From: a virus
IMG/VR virus record: IMGVR_UViG_3300043478_000020
Location: 1 to 58,606 of that record
DNA length: 58,606 nt
Strand: one strand, 5' to 3'
Numbering within the stretch: position 1 is the first letter of the stretch; every line of letters starts with the position of its first letter. Positions 1 through 7,275 of the stretch are shown here, in pieces. The notes below the pieces were generated by a model. That model had not been told where the DNA came from. It saw only the letters and a program-made list of their open reading frames with translations, and searched no databases. A program made the position numbers and the translations under genes.

Positions 1-127
1 TTTACTAACGCTTGCAGAAGGCAGGATAGTTGAGACGGCAGCTCTACCCTACGGTGATAGGGTTTCTCCTCGGGTTGTATATCCGAGTCAAGGTCAAACA
101 GTCGTAACTGAAAAGGAGCTAGAATCG
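1..127. repeat. terminal direct repeat, copy 1 (identical to 58480..58606)
   Basis: Read directly: the first 127 nt (tttactaacgcttgcag...aaaaggagctagaatcg) recur exactly as the last 127 nt. Nt 1..33 duplicate the 3-prime end (FTNACRRQDS*) of CDS 58294..58512. Confidence 0.9.
111..126 (+). promoter_or_regulatory. ribosome-binding cassette AAAAGGAGCTAGAATC, copy 1
   Basis: AAGGAG Shine-Dalgarno 8 nt upstream of GTG 127. The identical 16-mer recurs at 248..263 and, within the terminal repeat, at 58590..58605. Confidence 0.6.
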
Positions 128-249
128 TGCCGAAGTATCGTGCTAAACCGTGTCGATGTTCTACCTGTAATGAGCCGTGTGCTCGTTTCTGGTATTTTTG
201 GCATGGTCGTTTACTTTGTGGTATCTGCTACTTCCTTCGGGATATCTAA
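127..249 (+). CDS. small Cys-rich zinc-ribbon-like protein (40 aa, GTG start)
   Basis: Hand translation gives MPKYRAKPCRCSTCNEPCARFWYFWHGRLLCGICYFLRDI*. Strong SD upstream. Below the 60-aa cutoff of the ORF track. Confidence 0.45.
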   Translation: MPKYRAKPCRCSTCNEPCARFWYFWHGRLLCGICYFLRDI

Positions 250-263
250 AAGGAGCTAGAATC
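248..263 (+). promoter_or_regulatory. ribosome-binding cassette AAAAGGAGCTAGAATC, copy 2
   Basis: Exact repeat of 111..126, 2 nt before ATG 266. Confidence 0.6.
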
Positions 264-265
264 CT

Positions 266-433
266 ATGTCTATGCGCCACTTCATCGAACAGCATCGACA
301 GGAAATCGACCAATGGATCGTGCGTCAGTGCAGTAATCTGGGTTCACTGTCCGATCGCGATAGGCGCGAATGGATTGCCAACGATGAACGGCTTTATCTG
401 TGGGCCAAACGAGAGGGAGTGAAAGGGATATGA
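266..433 (+). CDS. small phage protein (55 aa) with REWIANDERLYLWA motif
   Basis: Hand translation gives MSMRHFIEQHRQEIDQWIVRQCSNLGSLSDRDRREWIANDERLYLWAKREGVKGI*. SD cassette upstream. The stop overlaps the next start (ATGA). Not in the ORF track because it is under 60 aa. Confidence 0.55.
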   Translation: MSMRHFIEQHRQEIDQWIVRQCSNLGSLSDRDRREWIANDERLYLWAKREGVKGI

Positions 434-702
434 GACTGAAACAACTACCGCCGATTGCCAGTCCGAAGGATACCCAGCACGCGCGTATGGTGTCGGATGT
501 GCTGAACTCACACGCGAGGACGTGCAAGCACTCGCCGATAGAGTGTGCTCTCTGTGTTCGGAATATGGCGTGGTACGCCGCGCTTGGTCTGCCAATGCTG
601 TCTGACGTGCTCGCGGATCGTCCGACCATCAAGGCAAGCATCCGGTGTGACACCTTGACCAGCTACCGCATTACCAAAGGCTATTCGCTCTTGCTGTCCT
701 AG
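430..702 (+). CDS. hypothetical protein (90 aa)
   Basis: Internal ATG of ORF 400..702, coupled by ATGA to the upstream small ORF. Followed by repeat and hairpin elements. Confidence 0.55.
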   Translation: MRLKQLPPIASPKDTQHARMVSDVLNSHARTCKHSPIECALCVRNMAWYAALGLPMLSDVLADRPTIKASIRCDTLTSYRITKGYSLLLS

Positions 703-706
703 CTCG

Positions 707-730
707 TCTCTCTCTCTCTCTCTCTCTCTC
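707..730. repeat. (TC)12 dinucleotide microsatellite
   Basis: Read directly: tctctctctctctctctctctctc, 5 nt after the stop at 702. Confidence 0.95.
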
Positions 731-771
731 AGCCCGTCTAGTAGTGCCGATTGAATCGGGCTAGACGGGCT
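731..771 (+). terminator. hairpin (11-bp stem, 19-nt loop), candidate terminator of the + strand early operon
   Basis: AGCCCGTCTAG (731..741) pairs with CTAGACGGGCT (761..771). The loop contains an inner CCGATT/AATCGG pairing. There is no clear U-tract. Confidence 0.5.
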
Positions 772-877
772 GAACTACGTACGGGGGCAGGTTAGCGGGC
801 TAACTTGCTCAGCGTTGAATGTGGGGCGTCCTGGTAGGTTTTAAAGTGGGTTCTAGGCTGGGGCTACGCCGTACAGC

Positions 878-917
878 ATTCGAGCCGAGTAAGCGGGTTC
901 ACCTACTCGGCTCGAAT
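878..917 (-). terminator. hairpin (14-bp stem, 12-nt loop), candidate terminator downstream of - strand gene 949..1269
   Basis: ATTCGAGCCGAGTA (878..891) pairs with TACTCGGCTCGAAT (904..917). No U-tract. Confidence 0.45.
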
Positions 918-948
918 CCAAACGCTTGGATCTAGTGTGATCAGCCGA

Positions 949-1269
949 CTAGCTACCGAGGGTTGATTCAATCCGCCGCTTGAGGGTTCGGGTTCTGTCG
1001 ATCCACGCACTGAACGTATCGACCGCTAGCGCCCGGTCATGCAACGCGAGTAACGTCTTGCGAGCCTCGACAAGATTATCGTCCAAGGCGCCTAACGCTT
1101 CGACTAGCGTTGATCGTTCATCCTGGGTCAAGAGCAGGGCTTTGACGATGGGTTTAACGTGTGTACCCGCTGCCATAACAGTTTTGAGTTCATCGGTGCA
1201 TGCCGCACATGGGATTGACTTGTTACTGTCTAGACGGCAGACGTGTTTGAGGGTTGGCATTGGTGCCAT
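949..1269 (-). CDS. hypothetical protein (106 aa)
   Basis: ORF track entry. Last gene of the short - strand block. Helical, charged sequence. Confidence 0.6.
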   Translation of the reverse strand: MAPMPTLKHVCRLDSNKSIPCAACTDELKTVMAAGTHVKPIVKALLLTQDERSTLVEALGALDDNLVEARKTLLALHDRALAVDTFSAWIDRTRTLKRRIESTLGS

Positions 1270-1288
1270 CTCCTACTGTGTTCCGAGG

Positions 1289-1450
1289 TTAACGAAGATG
1301 TGATACTAGCAACATGGCGATAAGGGACGCGAGAGCGCACGCCACAAAGCAGAACACCGACACGACACGTTCATTCCTGGGAGCACTCAGACAGAGTGCG
1401 ACTGATGCGATATTGGCGACTAGTAGCAGCGTGACGTTGAATGCGGTCAT
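1289..1450 (-). CDS. small membrane protein (53 aa)
   Basis: Hand translation gives MTAFNVTLLLVANIASVALCLSAPRNERVVSVFCFVACALASLIAMLLVSHLR*. GGAGGG SD 5 nt upstream. Two hydrophobic segments. Confidence 0.5.
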   Translation of the reverse strand: MTAFNVTLLLVANIASVALCLSAPRNERVVSVFCFVACALASLIAMLLVSHLR

Positions 1451-1577
1451 GGTGTCCCTCCGAGTTTACGCCGAGTGACTGTGATCAGCTGAAGTATGTA
1501 GAGAATCCTGATGTGCTGAATTGCTGATTAGGGTTGCTCACTCCCTCCCCTCATCCCCTTGTCAAACTATTGACACT

Positions 1578-1682
1578 TCAGACCATGAACGGAATCAGCA
1601 TCGCGTAGACGGTGATCATACCGATTCCCAGGCCGATTGCCACAAAGCCGATAACTTCGAGGGCTGTCCAGAGTGATTGCAT
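1578..1682 (-). CDS. small membrane protein (34 aa)
   Basis: Hand translation gives MQSLWTALEVIGFVAIGLGIGMITVYAMLIPFMV*. AGGAGA SD upstream. Confidence 0.45.
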   Translation of the reverse strand: MQSLWTALEVIGFVAIGLGIGMITVYAMLIPFMV

Positions 1683-1708
1683 GGTCTGTGTCTCCTGTTA
1701 GTGGCAGT

Positions 1709-1933
1709 TTAGTCCTCGTTCTCACGTTGGTTGGTGCTCGGCTCGCGAGTCATAGCTGCCGCAGTGTCGTAGGCGTCTTGGATGTCGGTTGTGTAGTAGG
1801 CGATACGTTCGGCCATGGCGTGGTTGGCTGGGCTCGGGGAAACCGCGATGGTCACGCGGTACTTTCCGTATGGCGTCTTGCGTGCGGTCAGCCCGTGTGC
1901 CCGGCAATAGGTTCTGAGGGTAGATAGGGTCAT
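1709..1933 (-). CDS. hypothetical protein (74 aa)
   Basis: Internal ATG of ORF 1709..1990, preceded by GGAGGA. The TTG start of the track ORF is less likely. Confidence 0.55.
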   Translation of the reverse strand: MTLSTLRTYCRAHGLTARKTPYGKYRVTIAVSPSPANHAMAERIAYYTTDIQDAYDTAAAMTREPSTNQRENED

Positions 1934-2322
1934 GTTGTCCTCCGCTAGTGGCAGTATCGCCACCCAGAGGGCAAGCACAACCCACGCCAATGATACCCAT
2001 AGAGAACACTAGGGAATCCTCACCCTGGGACAATGCAGTCTGACCATAGGCAGACTATTGTCTACTAATCGGTACATCTGCTGACATCTGCTAGCTACAG
2101 GTGGCTAGGATTGTGGACAGTGCGCCAGTCTCGGCGCGGTATCACCCGAGCCACGGTTGCTGGAGGGGCGCGGCCTACTCAGGCGCATGCTAGTCGGTAA
2201 CTGTAAGTCTATATGTATGTATACTTTAGCTGATCTCGGCGCAGCAGAGTGCCGGAGCATTCTGACTGAAACGGCGGGTGATTTTTGTACACAATCCAGT
2301 AGATACTAGCTCAACAGTAGAA

Positions 2323-2637
2323 CTAGGTGGGCGAGGCAGCGGTAGGAGCCGCAACCTCGGTGAACAGGATGTAATGGGGCATGTGGCGGGTCAGCCTGAT
2401 AAACCCGCTATCGATGGTGGATAATGGGCAGAGTGTGCCCACGTTGGGGATGGTAGGAAGCTGGTCTACGGTGCCAATGATTTCCCGTAGACCAGCACGA
2501 GCACCGAAACTATGTTCAAGCACAACACGTTTTACCACAAGAGGTTCATGTGCAAAATCCATACCACATGCTACTATGGAGTAGGTAATGGGGGTGTTTG
2601 AACAAGTTTTCGTAGGGTTTGGGGGGTTTTGCGCCAC
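2323..2637 (-). CDS. hypothetical protein (start uncertain: GTG 2637 or ATG 2562)
   Basis: ORF track entry. Overlaps the 3-prime end of 2574..2828 in the -1 frame. Confidence 0.4.
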   Translation of the reverse strand: MAQNPPNPTKTCSNTPITYSIVACGMDFAHEPLVVKRVVLEHSFGARAGLREIIGTVDQLPTIPNVGTLCPLSTIDSGFIRLTRHMPHYILFTEVAAPTAASPT

Positions 2638-2828
2638 CAGAGAACATTCGTAAAGTTGATCGTGATAATCTCTGGAGGGGTGTGAAGGGTATATGTCATA
2701 AACCCGTTAAGGAAGTCGGCGGTATCCACGCTGTCGTGGAAGTTGAAGCTCAGAACATCGCCCACAAACCCGTAGTCATAGCGCGTGAACTTATCTTCAA
2801 TGTAGGTAGGTTCAGAGATAATTTCCAT
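2574..2828 (-). CDS. hypothetical protein (84 aa)
   Basis: ORF track entry. AAGGAGA SD upstream. Divergent from the terminase genes. Confidence 0.55.
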   Translation of the reverse strand: MEIISEPTYIEDKFTRYDYGFVGDVLSFNFHDSVDTADFLNGFMTYTLHTPPEIITINFTNVLWWRKTPQTLRKLVQTPPLPTP

Positions 2829-2870
2829 GGTGTCTCCTTGTTGGTACGATTGTTGCAGTCATAGGACAGT

Positions 2871-3359
2871 ATGCCCAGTGCTAGAGCCATAGTTGCAAAA
2901 GATGAGCCAAAGGGCGCACCGAAGAAGGTGTTCAAGCGTGGGGGTGCGCCGTCGGATACGGAGAGGGACTTCGTGGCGCAATATCTACAGGATCAACCCA
3001 CAGAAGTGACCAAAGCACAGGTCACAAGTTTAGCAAAAGTACTACGAAGGTCGCCAGCCGCCATCAGGAGCATTATTGAGGATGCGAGGGATGAGTTCGC
3101 CGCTTCTGCCGGGATGTATGTGAACATCCATAAACAAGCCGCGACCGGCGCACTGGAGTCTGGCGACTTTGAAGTCGCTATGAAGGGCGCACAGTGGTAT
3201 ATGGAGCATGTCGGGCTGGAGGGTGTGCAGATTGTCCAGAAACAGGCAGCACAGGTACAGGGCAATAAGATAATGATAGGGATTAGAATTGGCGGGGTTG
3301 ACGCAGCCAAGGATATCCAGATGCCTGAAATTACAGCCGAGGCGGTTCCTATTGAGTAA
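2871..3359 (+). CDS. putative terminase small subunit
   Basis: 162-aa ORF directly upstream of and overlapping the large terminase gene. Assigned by position only. Confidence 0.5.
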   Translation: MPSARAIVAKDEPKGAPKKVFKRGGAPSDTERDFVAQYLQDQPTEVTKAQVTSLAKVLRRSPAAIRSIIEDARDEFAASAGMYVNIHKQAATGALESGDFEVAMKGAQWYMEHVGLEGVQIVQKQAAQVQGNKIMIGIRIGGVDAAKDIQMPEITAEAVPIE

Positions 3360-4767
3360 CCCATGTAGCGTATCGGTCATTGATGAGACCGGCAAAGAGA
3401 AGGTGTTGTACGCCCCGTGGCCGAAGCAAGCCCTATTCCACGCATGTGAGGCTCCGAACGCCTTAGCTTTGGGGCCACGGGGCACGGGGAAGTCGCTCAC
3501 CCTACGTTGGGATGCAATTATGCGCTGCATGATGGTACCTAATTTCAGGGCGTTGATCATTCGGCGGACTATGCCGGAACTACGCCGCTCCCATTTGGTC
3601 TACATCGAGCGAGAAATGAAGGAACTGGGTGGAATCTTCCTCCATACGACTTTTACCGCCAAGTTTCCCAACGGCTCATCGCTAGTCTTCGCGCATTGTG
3701 AAACCGATGCCGATGTGATGAACTTCCTGTCGTCTGAGTACGGGTTCATCGGGTTTGACGAGCTATCGACCTTTACGTTGGAGCAGTTTCTGAAGATTAG
3801 TGCTGCTGCCCGAGCACCGCTCGACGCAGGGTATATGGCAGTCGTGCGAGCCGGGAGCAACCCGCTTGGCGTAGGCCAGGATTGGATGTACTCCTGGTTT
3901 GTGGACAAGGACGTGCGACTAGAGGACTACCCGGACTACCTACCTGACGACTTTGAAGTCCAGCACTCGACGTTAGAGGATAATCCTTCGCTGGATGCCC
4001 AGAAGTACCGCGTCCGACTCAAGAATCTACCCGAGCATGTCCGTCGAGCGTGGCTGAATGGTGAGCGTATTCGTGAGGGGATGTACTTCATCGATTTCAT
4101 GAAGCGGACTGAAGATGGAGCGCCATGGCATGTTATTGATGAAATCCCTATGTGGGAAGGGAAGCCCATCTTCGAGTATGAGTGGTTCCATGTTTATAGG
4201 GCTATTGACTGGGGCTATGCGCCAGACCCTGCCGTGTGTCTGTGGATTACTGTTCTGCCTAACAAACGCGCCATTGTTTTTAAGGAAAGGACGTGGCGAC
4301 GGACCTTGGCAAAGGATGTGGCTCTGGCAATTCTGGCGGAATCCAAAGACATGAAGGTGCTGGAGAGTTTCTGCGATCCGGTGATGAACATCAAAGAGGG
4401 GCAGGATTACTCGATTGGGGAAATCTTTGAGCGCAACGGCGTGCCGGTCACAGCAGCCATCAATGATCGCATCCTGTACGGCTATTCCGTCAACGAATAC
4501 CTCAACACCTTGATTGATGAAAAGCCACAGGTGCAGATTCTGTCTGGTGGGCAGGGGTTGGGGTGCCCGGAATTGATCCGCACTATCCCTATGCTACGGA
4601 CTGATGACCATGACCCTCGTAAGCTGGGGGACGGTAATGACCATTATGCCGTTGCTCTCGCTTACTTTTGTATGGGATTGGCTGCGCCCAGCCACGCCCC
4701 TCACGTCTCTACCCTGCCGCGCTGGATGCGGCCCAAGATTGCTCCACGAACCTATGCCCGTGCGTAA
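3289..4767 (+). CDS. terL: terminase large subunit
   Basis: Walker A GPRGTGKS, Walker B-like IGFDELS, C-terminal nuclease-like AIDWGYAPDP. Start uncertain: ATG 3289 overlaps the upstream gene by 71 nt, and TTG 3352 is an alternative. Confidence 0.85.
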   Translation: MAGLTQPRISRCLKLQPRRFLLSNPCSVSVIDETGKEKVLYAPWPKQALFHACEAPNALALGPRGTGKSLTLRWDAIMRCMMVPNFRALIIRRTMPELRRSHLVYIEREMKELGGIFLHTTFTAKFPNGSSLVFAHCETDADVMNFLSSEYGFIGFDELSTFTLEQFLKISAAARAPLDAGYMAVVRAGSNPLGVGQDWMYSWFVDKDVRLEDYPDYLPDDFEVQHSTLEDNPSLDAQKYRVRLKNLPEHVRRAWLNGERIREGMYFIDFMKRTEDGAPWHVIDEIPMWEGKPIFEYEWFHVYRAIDWGYAPDPAVCLWITVLPNKRAIVFKERTWRRTLAKDVALAILAESKDMKVLESFCDPVMNIKEGQDYSIGEIFERNGVPVTAAINDRILYGYSVNEYLNTLIDEKPQVQILSGGQGLGCPELIRTIPMLRTDDHDPRKLGDGNDHYAVALAYFCMGLAAPSHAPHVSTLPRWMRPKIAPRTYARA

Positions 4768-4776
4768 GGATAAGCC

Positions 4777-6915
4777 ATGATCGAACAAGACGACGTTGAG
4801 TTGGGTGAGACGGGTGCGGAACTGGAAGGGTCAACGAGTTCTGTAGACGAGTCTGAGATAGAGAAAGCGTTTAAGTCCGATATCGAGGAAAGTAAACGCT
4901 ATCGTCAGACCTTCTTCCACTCGTGGAAGCGGAGTGTGGAGACCAGACTAGGTCGAACCACTACCACGGACACAGGTGGGGTGAGTATCGGCGATGATTT
5001 GCAGTCGGAAATCAATCCTGATTGGTCGCTGGTCAAGACCAAGACGGCGAATCTGTTCTCGCAGGTGCCGCAAGTCCAGTTGACGCATGAAAATGAGCAA
5101 TACGCACCCGCCATTCCGCCCTTTGCTCGTGCCCTGAACTATGAACTTGGCGAAAAGCGAGCCAACATCGGTGTCGCCATCGAAGAGGTGCTCAATGATA
5201 CCGTTAATGCGTCGGGTGTGGGGGCTGTTGTCGTTGGTTATACTGCTTTGTTTGATGAGGTGGATGCCCCAGTGCAAGATACCCTGCCCTTCCCGAATGG
5301 GCCAATGCCTGTGTCGCAGATCCCGCCAGAACAGCTTGATCTGATCCTCAAGAATGCGAAGGAACAGGGGATTCCGATTCCCACGAGGAAGGTCAACCGC
5401 ACCAGAGACTCTAAGTTCTACTGTAAACGGATTTCGCCCATGGATTTGCTGTGGCCGAAGTCGTTTACAGGTTCATTATTTGATGATGCGGACTGGGTCG
5501 GGTATACCGACCGTACCAGTTGGGCAGAAGGGGTGAATGAGTTTGGTTTGACTCCTGAACAGAAGGAACAGGTGCTAGGGTCGGAGGATAACGGTACACA
5601 GGATACACTCAGAGCCGATTCTCGTGCCAGTGGACCCATGGATGGGCGGAAGGTGAAGTATGACACCATTTACTACTGGCGCTATCGGGTAGACCCCGCT
5701 GAAAAGTCGTTCAAGAGTATCTGGCGGTTGGTATATGTGCATGGGATTGATAAACCCGTCAAGCACGAAGCGTGGAAGGGGCAGCAGTACGACGAAAAGA
5801 CTGGGAAATACATCGGCTCATGTAAATATCCAGTACGAGTGCTTACACTGACCTACATATCGGACAACGCTGTCCCGCCATCCGACAGTGCGGCAGGACG
5901 CCCCCAGGTGGCTGACCTTCGTCGTTCGCGCAGCCAGATGTTCAAGAACCGGGAGCGGTCGTTTCCGCTGCGATGGGTCGATAGCACGAGAGTCGATCCC
6001 ATGATTCTGGATTTGCTTCAGCGTGGAGATATTCAAGGGTTTGTACCGACCCTGGGTGAAGGTTCACGCTCCTTTGGCGAGATTGCCAGAGCGCAGTATC
6101 CACCTGAAGACCGATCCTTTGATCAACAGGCGAAAGCCGACTTGATGGAGTCGTGGCAGATTGGGCAGAATCAGAACTCAGGAGCAGCAGAGCCGGGGCG
6201 GAAGACCGGCACGCAGGTGACGACTGAGCAGAACAACTTTGCTACCAGAATCGGCCAAGAGCGGGGAAGAGTCCTCACGTTCTTCACCAGTATTTGTGAA
6301 GTCCTGGCTGGCTGGATGGTGTTGTACTCTGACTTCCCCAACCTCTCCCAGCAAGAGCGGCAGCAGATGGATCAGGTGTGGGATAGTAAGCATATCCTCC
6401 ACGATCTGGTGATGAAGATTCATCCCGACGCTGCTGTCGTGATGGATGCTCAGTCGAAGATTCAGCGATTGAGCAACTTCCTCAACATGACGGGTAAGTC
6501 GGGCTATGTGAATCCGGAACCCATTATCGCCGAGATTGCGGAACTATCCGGCCTTGATCCCGCAAAGGTCATGACCAAACCACAGCCGCATATCGAAGAA
6601 CCAAACATCTCCTATCGCTTCTCCGGAAAAGACGATATGATCAATCCGATGGTTGTGGCGATTCTGCTGGCAAAAGGCCACGCCCCCACCCCCGAACTCA
6701 TCGAGCAAGCGAAACAGCTTTGCACGCTTGCCGCCACACCGCCCGCCCCGCCATCTGTTCCCGGCGTACCTGGTCAAGCACCCGGTATGCCCGTCCCAGG
6801 AGGCGCGGGCGGTCCTTCGATACCCAATCCACAGACTGTAAGTGCGAACGAGCATTGGCAGCAGATGCCCAAGGTCGCAAAGCGGGCTGAAGAGGTGACT
6901 GGAGGGAGAGTCTAA
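4777..6915 (+). CDS. putative portal protein
   Basis: 712-aa ORF immediately after terL. Pro/Gly-rich C-terminal tail. Assigned by size and position. Confidence 0.6.
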   Translation: MIEQDDVELGETGAELEGSTSSVDESEIEKAFKSDIEESKRYRQTFFHSWKRSVETRLGRTTTTDTGGVSIGDDLQSEINPDWSLVKTKTANLFSQVPQVQLTHENEQYAPAIPPFARALNYELGEKRANIGVAIEEVLNDTVNASGVGAVVVGYTALFDEVDAPVQDTLPFPNGPMPVSQIPPEQLDLILKNAKEQGIPIPTRKVNRTRDSKFYCKRISPMDLLWPKSFTGSLFDDADWVGYTDRTSWAEGVNEFGLTPEQKEQVLGSEDNGTQDTLRADSRASGPMDGRKVKYDTIYYWRYRVDPAEKSFKSIWRLVYVHGIDKPVKHEAWKGQQYDEKTGKYIGSCKYPVRVLTLTYISDNAVPPSDSAAGRPQVADLRRSRSQMFKNRERSFPLRWVDSTRVDPMILDLLQRGDIQGFVPTLGEGSRSFGEIARAQYPPEDRSFDQQAKADLMESWQIGQNQNSGAAEPGRKTGTQVTTEQNNFATRIGQERGRVLTFFTSICEVLAGWMVLYSDFPNLSQQERQQMDQVWDSKHILHDLVMKIHPDAAVVMDAQSKIQRLSNFLNMTGKSGYVNPEPIIAEIAELSGLDPAKVMTKPQPHIEEPNISYRFSGKDDMINPMVVAILLAKGHAPTPELIEQAKQLCTLAATPPAPPSVPGVPGQAPGMPVPGGAGGPSIPNPQTVSANEHWQQMPKVAKRAEEVTGGRV

Positions 6916-7235
6916 TGCCGATGTTTGATATGAAGTGTGCGACATGTGAAACCGTATACGATATGTTTGTCAAACCGGGGGAACAACGTGTCTGCCCCGA
7001 GTGTGGGCAGTTCTTGTATAAGGTTTTCGTTCCGGGGCACGCCACGGCGATGATTGGTGACGAATGCGACATCATGATTAAACATGGGCTGTGTAACGAG
7101 GACGGCTCCGCACGCCGCTATACATCCAAACAAGAGATTGCTCGTGAAGCGGAACGACGTGGCCTCACCAACGTCGTGCAGCATCGGGGGACTAAGAGTG
7201 GGGATAAATCCCAGCACACATCGCGCTGGGTCTGA
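6915..7235 (+). CDS. zinc-ribbon protein (106 aa)
   Basis: CATCETVYDMFVKPGEQRVCPECG gives a CxxC...CxxC pair. Start overlaps the portal stop. Confidence 0.5.
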   Translation: MPMFDMKCATCETVYDMFVKPGEQRVCPECGQFLYKVFVPGHATAMIGDECDIMIKHGLCNEDGSARRYTSKQEIAREAERRGLTNVVQHRGTKSGDKSQHTSRWV

Positions 7236-7275
7236 GGGACAACTTCGTCTCTCCTGACGTTACAAGGAGAAAGCA

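Noticed and set aside
177-653. Track ORFs 177..422 (+), 282..653 (-) and 344..595 (-).
   Set aside because: They conflict with a chain of SD-led, ATGA-coupled + strand ORFs (127..249, 266..433, 430..702) that fit the operon continuing across the circular junction.
2590-2625. Canonical -1 programmed ribosomal frameshift at the C6 run between ORFs 2574..2828 and 2323..2637.
   Set aside because: The zero-frame codons (aaa acc ccc caa) do not form an X XXY YYZ heptamer. Only a non-canonical slip or a sequencing error could join the frames, so this is kept as a low-interest finding.
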